From a virus, in the IMG/VR virus record IMGVR_UViG_3300035703_000082, positions 496-64,495 of that record: a DNA stretch of 64,000 nt. One strand, written 5' to 3'. Below the pieces are notes generated by a model that saw only the letters and a program-made list of their open reading frames with translations, was not told the origin of the DNA and did no database searches. The stretch's first letter is position 1. Every line of letters starts with the position of its first letter. Both the position numbers and the translations under genes were made by a program. Positions 52,269-60,254 of the stretch are shown one piece after another.

Positions 52269-54244
52269 GCAAGATGCCCTTCGACCGCACACTGGCGGTC
52301 GACTTCGAGACCTCCTGGGGACGCGAGGTCAAGCTCGGGTTCTCGTGCCAGACCAACGAGGAGTACCTGCGCGACCCGCGCTTCAAGGCGTGGGGGCTGT
52401 CGTGGAAGGAGGTCAGCACCGATGACAAGCCCGTCTGGGTCCGCCGCAACGGCATCCAAGCCTGGGCCGACCGCATCGACTGGAAGCGTACCGCCATCGT
52501 CTGCCAGAACACCCAGTTCGACGGCAGCATCCTGTCGTGGCACTACGGCGTGCAGCCGTGCTTCATGTTCGACACCCTCAGCATGGGCCGCGCCCTGCAC
52601 GGCGTCGAGGTGGGCAACAGCCTGAAGGTGCTGGCCGAGCGCTACGGTCTGCCGCCCAAGGGGGACGGGCTCAGCCCGTCAGAGAACATCCTCGATGAGC
52701 TGCCGTTCGACGTTGAGCAGACGCTGGCCGACTACTGCAAGCACGACACGTGGCTGTGCGAGCAGATCTTCCTGCGCATGCTGCCCGGGTACCCGTCCAA
52801 GGAGCTGCGCCTGATCGACCTGACCCTGCGCATGTACACGCGCCCCTTGCTGGTGCTGGACGGGGCGATGCTGGAGCCAGCCATCGAGGAAGAGCGCCAA
52901 GCTCGCGAAGAGCTGCTCGCCCGCCTGGGCGTGGAGGAGGCCGCGCTGGCGTCCAACGACAAGTTCGCCGCTGTGCTGGAGGGCATGGGCATCGAGCCGC
53001 CGACGAAGGTCAGCAAGACCACCGGGCAGAAGACGTTCGCGTTCGCGAAGAACGACGCGCTGTTCCAGGCGATGATGAACTCCGACAACGAGGCCGTCGC
53101 CCTGCTCTGCGAGGCGCGGCTGAAGGTCAAGTCCACACTCCAGCGCACCCGTGCCCAGCGCTTCCTCGACATCTCCAGGCGCGGGGCGCTGCCCTTCCCG
53201 GTCAACTACTACGGCGCGGCCACGGGCAGGTACACGGCCAGCAAGGGCAGTCAGATCAACCTGCAGAACCTCAAGCGCGGGAGCTTCCTGCGCAAGGCCA
53301 TCACCGCCCCCGAGGGGCACGTGCTGGTAGTGGGAGACCTGTCCCAGATCGAGCCGCGCGTGCTGGCGTGGCTGGCGGACTACGATACGCTGCTGAACAT
53401 CTTCAAGAGCGGTGGTGACCCCTACGCCACGTTCGGCTCGGGCATGTTCAACATCCCCGGTATGACTAAAGACTCTCATCCGGTGGAGAGGCAAAGTGCA
53501 AAGTCTGCTTTGCTTGGGTGCGGGTACCAACTGGGGTGGGCAAGTTTCGCAGCGCAGCTTCTGACCGGCTTCCTTGGAGCGCCTCCGAAACGCTACACAA
53601 AAGCAGAAGCACGGCAACTCGGCGTGACCGCGAAAGATGTGGACATCTTTCTCGGCGCGGAGCACAACATGAAGGCGATGGAGGCCATCCCGCACTCTTG
53701 CACGGCGCAGGAGCTGCTCATCCACTGCCTCGCTGCCCAGGCCATCATCACCCGGTATCGCGCCACGGCACAGCCCGTCGTCGCCCTGTGGAGCCTCCTC
53801 CAAGACCTCATCAGCCACAGCCTGTTCAAGGGCAACGAGTACCGCCACAAGTGCCTGACCTTCCGCAAGGAAGAGATCGTCTTGCCAAACGGCATGAGCT
53901 TGCGGTATCCTGACCTCCAGCCCGAAGGCGACGGGCGGCGCATCCAGTGGACGTACGCGGACGGCAAGAAGCGGTCCAAGCTGTACGCCGGCAAGATCAC
54001 CAACAACGTCGTCCAGGGCACCGCGCGGATCGTGATGACCGACGGCATGCTGCGCATCGACAAACGCTACCCTGTGGCGGGCACGGTGCATGACGAAGCC
54101 ATCGCAGTCGCGCCGGAGAGTGAAGCGGAAGAAGCCAAGAACTGGGTCTTGGCGCAGATGACTATTGAGCCTTCGTACTTGCCGGGGATTCCGCTATCGG
54201 CAAGCGGGGGCGTGCACAAACGCTATGGACTTGCAAAAGACTGA
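52265..54244 (+). CDS. polA: Family A DNA polymerase with 3'-5' exonuclease
   Basis: ExoI DFET, ExoII NTQFD, ExoIII YCKHD; motif A DLSQIEPR, motif B RQSAKSALLGCGY, motif C VHDE. Confidence 0.92.
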   Translation: MSKMPFDRTLAVDFETSWGREVKLGFSCQTNEEYLRDPRFKAWGLSWKEVSTDDKPVWVRRNGIQAWADRIDWKRTAIVCQNTQFDGSILSWHYGVQPCFMFDTLSMGRALHGVEVGNSLKVLAERYGLPPKGDGLSPSENILDELPFDVEQTLADYCKHDTWLCEQIFLRMLPGYPSKELRLIDLTLRMYTRPLLVLDGAMLEPAIEEERQAREELLARLGVEEAALASNDKFAAVLEGMGIEPPTKVSKTTGQKTFAFAKNDALFQAMMNSDNEAVALLCEARLKVKSTLQRTRAQRFLDISRRGALPFPVNYYGAATGRYTASKGSQINLQNLKRGSFLRKAITAPEGHVLVVGDLSQIEPRVLAWLADYDTLLNIFKSGGDPYATFGSGMFNIPGMTKDSHPVERQSAKSALLGCGYQLGWASFAAQLLTGFLGAPPKRYTKAEARQLGVTAKDVDIFLGAEHNMKAMEAIPHSCTAQELLIHCLAAQAIITRYRATAQPVVALWSLLQDLISHSLFKGNEYRHKCLTFRKEEIVLPNGMSLRYPDLQPEGDGRRIQWTYADGKKRSKLYAGKITNNVVQGTARIVMTDGMLRIDKRYPVAGTVHDEAIAVAPESEAEEAKNWVLAQMTIEPSYLPGIPLSASGGVHKRYGLAKD

Positions 54245-54509
54245 CCTCAACGACTACGCCATGCCCTTGATGAACATCGAGCGCATGGCAAAACAAATTC
54301 ACGACTTGTGCCTCGAGAACAAGTTCGATGAAGCTCGGCAGCAGGCGCAACTGCTCTGCGTCGAGGGGCGCGTGTTGCAACACGTTCTTACAATCATGCA
54401 CGAACAGGAGAGTGAACGCTATGGAAATTCCCAAGCAAATCCAAGTCGGCAAGCGGGTGTACTCGATCAACAAGCGCCGCAAGCCGCGTCGACGCCTCAC
54501 GGTTGGTGA
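54225..54509 (+). CDS. Hypothetical protein
   Basis: MDLQKTDLNDYAMPLMNIERM...; overlaps the next gene. Confidence 0.55.
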   Translation: MDLQKTDLNDYAMPLMNIERMAKQIHDLCLENKFDEARQQAQLLCVEGRVLQHVLTIMHEQESERYGNSQANPSRQAGVLDQQAPQAASTPHGW

Positions 54510-54720
54510 AGTCAACTACGGCCAGCAGTACATCGATGTTGTCACGCACAGCAACTACACGGGCCGCGCGTTCAAGTCGGAGGAGCTGTCCGACACTTTT
54601 TGGCACGAGCTGACGCACGCCATCCTCTACGAGATGAAGAGCCCGTTGCACAACGACGAGGCGTTCGTCACCAAGTTCTCCGGCCTACTCAACAAAGCCG
54701 TGCTCTCGGCTAAATTCTGA
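54421..54720 (+). CDS. Small HExxH metallopeptidase-like protein
   Basis: TFWHELTHAIL...E motif; AGGAG RBS. Confidence 0.7.
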   Translation: MEIPKQIQVGKRVYSINKRRKPRRRLTVGEVNYGQQYIDVVTHSNYTGRAFKSEELSDTFWHELTHAILYEMKSPLHNDEAFVTKFSGLLNKAVLSAKF

Positions 54721-56357
54721 TGTCCACACCCATCACATGGTCCCACAGCGGGCTGAAGGACTTCGAGGGTTGCGCTCGGCGCTACCACGAGGTCAAGGTG
54801 CTGAAGAAGTTCCCCCACAAGGACACGAAGCACACGCTCTACGGCAAGGAAGTGCACAAGGCCATCGAGCTGTACGGCAGGGACGGCGTGCCCATGCCGC
54901 CGGCACTGGCGGACTTCAAGCCGGCGGTTGATGCGATCCTCGCCAAGCCTGGACGCAAGCTGTTTGAGCATGAGATGGGCGTGACCGCAGACCTGCGGCC
55001 CTGCGCGTTCGACGCGCCTGACCGCTGGGTACGGGGCATCGCGGACCTGCTGATCATCAACGACGACAATCTGACCGCGCGTGTGGTGGACTGGAAAGGG
55101 CTGGCACTGGATACGCCAATACCCACGCCGCAAGGGTGGGCGACGATGGGTAGCCTACAGGTGGGTGACCTTGTGTTTGATGCGCAGGGTAAGCCGACAC
55201 GCGTTGTCGGCAAATCGCAAGTTAAGCACATCCCTTGCTACAAGATAACTTTCAGTGACACGACGACGGTCGTCTGCGACGAAGAGCATTTATGGAAGCT
55301 TGCAAGCGGGAGGGTCGTTGGCGTACGCGACTTGACGGGAAAGCGCAACAAAAAACAGCGCGTTAAGCCGCCGCGAATCGCCGTTGCTGCGCCGCTTGCG
55401 CTTCCTGACATTCCGCTGCCTATAGACCCGTACGTACTAGGTCTTTGGCTTGCTGATGGCAAACGGGCATCAAGCGAGATAAGCAAACCTGATCTGTTCG
55501 TGTGGGAGGAAGTGCAGCGTAGAGGGTATGCAGTTAACATGGAAACTGGTGGGAGCAAGAGCTGCCCCACCCGCACAGTAAAAGGTCTGCGTACGCAGCT
55601 TGTAAGCTGCGGCCTTCTAGGGGCGAATAAACGCATACCCCCGGCATACCTGCGTGCAGGATATTCGCAGCGCCTCGATCTTCTGCGGGGGCTTATGGAC
55701 GGCGACGGCAACGCGAATCCAACAAGAAAGCAGGCCGTGTACACGACAACATCAAAAGAACTGAGCAATGATGTCTGTGAGCTGCTGTCCTCACTGGGGC
55801 AGCGCCCGCTTCAAAGCACTGTTACGGCTAGAGGATTCAATACTACGACAACCGCGTATCCGGTTTCGTTCCGTCCTATCGGGATTAACCCGTTCCTGCT
55901 TCCGCGCAAAGCGGAACGCATCGACGCACGGTGGGGCGCAGGAGACAGTGCAACTAGAATAGTCGTGTCTGTTGAGCAGGTTCCGACTGTACCCACGCAG
56001 TGCATAGCCGTTGAGTCAGAAGACCATACGTTTCTGTGCACAGAGCGTATGGTGCCGACGCACAACACCGGCAACGACAAGTACCCGGACAGAGATCAGC
56101 TCGTGCTGATGTCGCTGATGGTCTTCACGCACTTCCCTCATATCCGGCGCGTCTCCTCGGCCCTGATGTTCGTCGTCAAGGGTAGCATGTTCAAGCACCG
56201 CATGGAGCGAGACGAGGCGGAAGAAACGTGGTGGCGGTACCGGGAGCGCGTGGCGAAGCTGGAGGCCGCGCATGCCAACAACGTGTGGAATCCTTCGCAG
56301 AGCCCGCTGTGCGGCTGGTGCCCCGTGAAGAGCTGTGTGTTTCATCCTGACCACTAG
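54720..56357 (+). CDS. PD-(D/E)XK (Cas4/RecB-like) exonuclease interrupted by an intein
   Basis: WSHS.LKDFE.C, G.E.H, RGIADL, VVDWK|TG, QL..Y-like segment, PLCGWCPV..C; spliced length 222 aa. Confidence 0.88.
   Translation: MSTPITWSHSGLKDFEGCARRYHEVKVLKKFPHKDTKHTLYGKEVHKAIELYGRDGVPMPPALADFKPAVDAILAKPGRKLFEHEMGVTADLRPCAFDAPDRWVRGIADLLIINDDNLTARVVDWKGLALDTPIPTPQGWATMGSLQVGDLVFDAQGKPTRVVGKSQVKHIPCYKITFSDTTTVVCDEEHLWKLASGRVVGVRDLTGKRNKKQRVKPPRIAVAAPLALPDIPLPIDPYVLGLWLADGKRASSEISKPDLFVWEEVQRRGYAVNMETGGSKSCPTRTVKGLRTQLVSCGLLGANKRIPPAYLRAGYSQRLDLLRGLMDGDGNANPTRKQAVYTTTSKELSNDVCELLSSLGQRPLQSTVTARGFNTTTTAYPVSFRPIGINPFLLPRKAERIDARWGAGDSATRIVVSVEQVPTVPTQCIAVESEDHTFLCTERMVPTHNTGNDKYPDRDQLVLMSLMVFTHFPHIRRVSSALMFVVKGSMFKHRMERDEAEETWWRYRERVAKLEAAHANNVWNPSQSPLCGWCPVKSCVFHPDH
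55098..56066 (+). mobile_element. Intein (323 aa) with LAGLIDADG endonuclease; class 3 signature
   Basis: GLALDTPIPTPQGW start; block B DEEHLW; LGLWLADG and LRGLMDGDG; block F QCIAV; block G PTHN followed by Thr+1; AT-richer codons. Confidence 0.9.
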
Positions 56358-56365
56358 GAGGCTGT

Positions 56366-56626
56366 ATGCCGTACAAGGACATGAACGACCGGGACACGTA
56401 TCCCGCCTACGACCAGACGGAGAAAGCCAAGAAAGCGCGGGCGCAGCGCAACAAGGCACGACGCATGCTGATGCGCGAAGGGGCGGTTACCAAGGGGGAC
56501 GGCAAAGATGTGCACCACAAAACGCCGCTGAGCAAGGGCGGCAAGACGACGCCGGGGAACTTGGCCGTCGTGCCGGCCAGCAAGAACCGCACGTTCAAGC
56601 GAAACAAAGATCACTCGATGAAGTGA
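56366..56626 (+). CDS. Small HNH endonuclease
   Basis: DGKDVHHK.PLSKGG....NL.V.....NR. Confidence 0.8.
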   Translation: MPYKDMNDRDTYPAYDQTEKAKKARAQRNKARRMLMREGAVTKGDGKDVHHKTPLSKGGKTTPGNLAVVPASKNRTFKRNKDHSMK

Positions 56627-56641
56627 CGCCAGGAGGGCAAC

Positions 56642-58219
56642 GTGGAAATCGTAGACAACAGGATTCTGCTTTTCAAGACAAGATACCCAGATCGCTACAG
56701 CCTGATCCCCAAGAGCAAGGCGCTGCCCATCCCGGGCGGCTATCAGGTCGCCGTGTGGTGGGGCTTAGACGAAGCGCGGGTGCTGCGCAACCTGGGCGTG
56801 AGGGATGTCCCCTCGCCCATCTACGGGCGGTACGACTGGCCCGGGCGCTTCAAACCGATGGCGCACCAGCAGGAGACGGCGAGCTTCCTCACCCTGCATC
56901 GGCGGGCCTTTGTGCTGTCAGAGCCCGGGACGGGCAAGACGATGTCCGCGCTCTGGGCAGCGGACTACTTGATGACGCGCGGCGAGGTGCGGCGCGTGCT
57001 CATCCTGTGCCCGATGTCGATCATGCACAGCGCCTGGATGCAGGACATCGGCAACTCCGTCATTCACCGCAGCGCCATCGTGGCGCATCACTCCCAGGCC
57101 GCACGCCGCATCGAGGCCGTGCAGGAGGGGCACGACATCGTCATCACCAACTACGAGGGGCTCGACCTTATCTCTAAAGAGATCAAGAATGACGGCAGAT
57201 TTGATCTCGTAATTATTGACGAGGCCAACGCCTACAAAAACCCGCAGACAAAGCGGTGGAAGACGCTTAACGCGCTTCTGACTCCGAACATGTATCTGTG
57301 GATGATGACCGGCACGCCTGCTGCGCAGTCGCCGCTCGATGCCTACGGCCTCGCCAAGCTCGTCAATCCGAAGGGCGTGCCTTCGTTCTACACCGCATGG
57401 CGCGACATGGTGATGACCAAGCTCACCATGTTCAAGTGGACACCCAAGGCCGACGCCGCCGAGCGCGTGCACCGGGCACTGCAGCCCGCCATCCGCTACA
57501 CCAAGGAGCAGTGCCTGGATCTACCGCCCGTCGTCACGCTCACTCGCGAGGTGCCCCTGACTCCGCAGCAGGCCAAGTACTACAACGCGCTGAAGACGGC
57601 GATGGTGGCGCAGGCCGCAGGCGAGACGATCACGGCAGTGAACGCGGCTGCCGCGCTCAACAAGCTGCTCCAGATCAGTTGCGGCGTGGCGTACTCGGAC
57701 AACGGGGAGACGGTGGAGTTCGACGCCACGCCCAGGCTGAACGTGCTGCTGGAGGTGCTGGAGGAGACCGACCGCAAGGTCATCGTGTTCGCGCTCTTCC
57801 GTTCGGCCATCGAGACGATCTCGACATTCCTCAACAAGCGTGGTGTGGCCTGCGAGGAGATCCACGGCGGGGTGACGGCCACCAAGCGCGGCGACATCAT
57901 CAACCGCTTCCAGCGCCTGCCAGAGCCGCGCGTACTGGTCATGCAGCCCCAGGCCGCTGCGCACGGGATCACGCTGACGGCTGCGGACACGGTCGTGTTC
58001 TTCGGCCCGTTGATGAGCGTGGAGCAGTACGTCCAGGCATGCGCCCGGGCTGACCGCAAGGGTCAGACCAGTGACAAGGTCACGGTCGTCCACATCCAGG
58101 GCTCGCCCGTCGAGAAGAAGATGTTCGCCGCGCTGGCCGGCAAGGTCGACGACAACCGCCTGCTGGTCGAGCTGTTCAAGTCCGAGGTTCTTGAAAGGGG
58201 GTTGACGACCAAACGCTGA
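56642..58219 (+). CDS. SNF2-family (SF2) helicase
   Basis: EPGTGKT, IIDEA, MTGTP, HGITLTAAD, QACARADR.GQ. Confidence 0.9.
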   Translation: MEIVDNRILLFKTRYPDRYSLIPKSKALPIPGGYQVAVWWGLDEARVLRNLGVRDVPSPIYGRYDWPGRFKPMAHQQETASFLTLHRRAFVLSEPGTGKTMSALWAADYLMTRGEVRRVLILCPMSIMHSAWMQDIGNSVIHRSAIVAHHSQAARRIEAVQEGHDIVITNYEGLDLISKEIKNDGRFDLVIIDEANAYKNPQTKRWKTLNALLTPNMYLWMMTGTPAAQSPLDAYGLAKLVNPKGVPSFYTAWRDMVMTKLTMFKWTPKADAAERVHRALQPAIRYTKEQCLDLPPVVTLTREVPLTPQQAKYYNALKTAMVAQAAGETITAVNAAAALNKLLQISCGVAYSDNGETVEFDATPRLNVLLEVLEETDRKVIVFALFRSAIETISTFLNKRGVACEEIHGGVTATKRGDIINRFQRLPEPRVLVMQPQAAAHGITLTAADTVVFFGPLMSVEQYVQACARADRKGQTSDKVTVVHIQGSPVEKKMFAALAGKVDDNRLLVELFKSEVLERGLTTKR

Positions 58220-58237
58220 GATGTAAAATGTTTGACA
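58202..58237 (+). promoter_or_regulatory. sigma70 promoter with operator-like site over the -10
   Basis: TTGACG-N16-TAAAAT; TGTAAA-ATGT-TTGACA at 58222-58237. Confidence 0.6.
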
Positions 58238-58272
58238 GGTCCGGGACTCGGGCCGCGCCACAGGAGAAAAAC

Positions 58273-58692
58273 GTGAGTGATGACGCTGACAAAGAGGACA
58301 TTCCTCTGGACAAGCTCGTGCGTATCTACATGAAGATGCGTGCCAAGTTGACGGAGATCGAGGCGGAGTACGACGCCAAGATCGACGCGCTGAAAGAGCA
58401 GCAGAAAGATGTCAAGAACGCGATTAAGGACTTGATGCTCTCACAGGGCTCGCGTTCTGTTCGCACCGACCACGGCACCGTGGTCTTGTCTGAGAAGACT
58501 CGGTTCTACACACAGGACTGGGAATCTTTCAAGACGTTCGTCGTTGAGCAGGACGCAGTAGACCTGCTTGAGCGGCGCATCCACCAAGGCAACATGGCTA
58601 AGTTCTTGGAAGAGAACCCCGCACTGATGCCCCCGGGACTGAACTCCGACACGGAGTTCGATGTCTCTGTCCGCAAGCCCTCCACCAAGTAA
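58273..58692 (+). CDS. Coiled-coil protein of the replication/recombination module
   Basis: GTG after AGGAG; N-terminal coiled coil, SVRTDHGTV, DWESF. Confidence 0.7.
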   Translation: MSDDADKEDIPLDKLVRIYMKMRAKLTEIEAEYDAKIDALKEQQKDVKNAIKDLMLSQGSRSVRTDHGTVVLSEKTRFYTQDWESFKTFVVEQDAVDLLERRIHQGNMAKFLEENPALMPPGLNSDTEFDVSVRKPSTK

Positions 58693-58702
58693 GGAGTTTT
58701 CC

Positions 58703-59731
58703 GTGAGCAATCTCGCTCTGTTTTCTGGTTCCAATGTCCCTGCCTTCGCACGCACTGCATCGGCTTCTGCGCTCACCAAGTCGCTCGCGGGCGGTGTCGG
58801 TGGCGGCAAGCGCATCTCCATCAAGGGCGGTGTGTTCCGCCTGCTGGTCGACGGCCAGCAGATCGCGGCCATCGATGAGCGCTTCCTCGATGTGGTCGTG
58901 GTCGCTGCCGCGCCCAAGATCGGGCGCACGTTCTACCTCAAGTCCTACGACCCCGACTCGCCTGCCGGCCCTGACTGCTGGAGCGCGGACGGTGAGCGCC
59001 CCGACCCGACGGCGCAAAACCCCCAGGCTGACCGCTGCGCTACCTGCTCGCAGAGTGTCAAGGGCTCCGGCCAGGGCGACTCCCGCGCCTGTCGGTTCAG
59101 CCAGCGTCTGGCTGTGGTGCTCGCCAACGACATCGAGGGCGATGTCATGCAGCTTCAGGTTCCGGCAGCGTCGCTGTTCGGCAAGCCCGAGGGCGAGAAC
59201 ATGCCCCTGCAAGCCTACGCGCGGCTGCTGGCGACGCAGAACGTGGGCGTCGAGACGGTGGTCACCCGGCTGAAGTTCGACACCAAGGCCGAGGCCCCGA
59301 AGCTGTTCTTCAAGCCGATGCGCTGGCTGAACGAGGAGGAGTACGCCATCGTGCAGGAGCAAGGCCAGAGCGCCGACGCGAAGGCCGCGATCACCATGAC
59401 GGTCGCCCAGACCGACAAGGTCGACGGACTGAAGCTTGACGGTGCCCCGCCCCGGGGCGCTGCACCTCGTGCGGCAGCTCCCGCGCCTGCTCCGGCCCCT
59501 GCTCCGGCCCCTGCGGTCGTGGAGGAGGAAGAGCCCCCGGCTCCGGCACCGCGTCGTGGTCGCCCGCCGAAGGCGGTCGTGGAGGCCCGCAAGGCGGCTG
59601 AAGCACCCAAGCCCGCACCGGTCGAGGAGGACGACTCCGAGCCTGCCGTGCGTCGCGCAGAGCCCGCCGCTGCCCCCGCCCCTGCGAAGTCCAAGCTGGC
59701 TTCGCTTGCGGCTGAGTGGGACGACGAGTAA
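58703..59731 (+). CDS. Putative single-stranded DNA-binding/annealing protein
   Basis: Conserved N-terminal domain with a Cys cluster, P/A-rich linker and acidic EWDDE tail; strongly biased codons. Confidence 0.55.
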   Translation: MSNLALFSGSNVPAFARTASASALTKSLAGGVGGGKRISIKGGVFRLLVDGQQIAAIDERFLDVVVVAAAPKIGRTFYLKSYDPDSPAGPDCWSADGERPDPTAQNPQADRCATCSQSVKGSGQGDSRACRFSQRLAVVLANDIEGDVMQLQVPAASLFGKPEGENMPLQAYARLLATQNVGVETVVTRLKFDTKAEAPKLFFKPMRWLNEEEYAIVQEQGQSADAKAAITMTVAQTDKVDGLKLDGAPPRGAAPRAAAPAPAPAPAPAPAVVEEEEPPAPAPRRGRPPKAVVEARKAAEAPKPAPVEEDDSEPAVRRAEPAAAPAPAKSKLASLAAEWDDE

Positions 59732-59739
59732 CCTGTTAC

Positions 59740-59838
59740 GGGGGCGGCGGCAAGCGCCGTGATGCACAGGGGTTCCTGCTGAAGGTCTCCTTGCCCCGTG
59801 TCAATAGCCCCGGGTTGCGCCGGGGCCGCCCCCACCCA
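59740..59838 (+). ncRNA. Cloverleaf-like structured intergenic element
   Basis: 8-bp closing stem GGGGGCGG/CCGCCCCC enclosing three arms; not a canonical tRNA. Confidence 0.4.
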
Positions 59839-59843
59839 ACACC

Positions 59844-60122
59844 ATGACATACTCAGTCAAAACCATCCACGCGGTAAAGAACGGCAACCACTCGCTGGGC
59901 AACAAGCTCGGGCGCGAGGCGGTTTCGCTGGACTTCTCCGTGATACGCGTCAGCAAGCTCACCGGGGCTACACGCCAGACCGTGTACAACTGGTTCATCG
60001 GCGGCGAAGTCATCGCCCCCTACCGTGCATCGGTAGAGAAGCTGCTCGACATTCTTCACAACAGCTCTACTGCGGACGCAGCATGGACTCGCGCATGCCA
60101 AGAATTCAACCTTCAAGCCTGA
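59844..60122 (+). CDS. Cro-like HTH protein
   Basis: SVIRVSKLTGATRQTVYNWF.G. Confidence 0.8.
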   Translation: MTYSVKTIHAVKNGNHSLGNKLGREAVSLDFSVIRVSKLTGATRQTVYNWFIGGEVIAPYRASVEKLLDILHNSSTADAAWTRACQEFNLQA

Positions 60123-60238
60123 CACCGGAAGAACTGGCACGCTATGCGCGGCTGTACAACACGGAGGGCCTTCCGAAAGACTGGGTCGATGCGCTGGTGA
60201 GTGCGCTCGAAAAGCAACTGGACAGCGACAAGAAATAA
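60095..60238 (+). CDS. Small hypothetical protein
   Basis: MPRIQPSSLTPEELARYA...; start at 60083 or 60095. Confidence 0.55.
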   Translation: MPRIQPSSLTPEELARYARLYNTEGLPKDWVDALVSALEKQLDSDKK

Positions 60239-60254
60239 GCCCGGGAGGGGGTCA

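Noticed and set aside
54720-56357. Cas4-like gene as part of a CRISPR system
   Set aside because: It lies in the replication module with no cas1/cas2 or array; stand-alone Cas4-like exonucleases are common in phages
59740-59838. Canonical tRNA gene
   Set aside because: No TTCRA T-loop, no 7-nt anticodon loop and no exact CCA; kept only as a tRNA-like candidate
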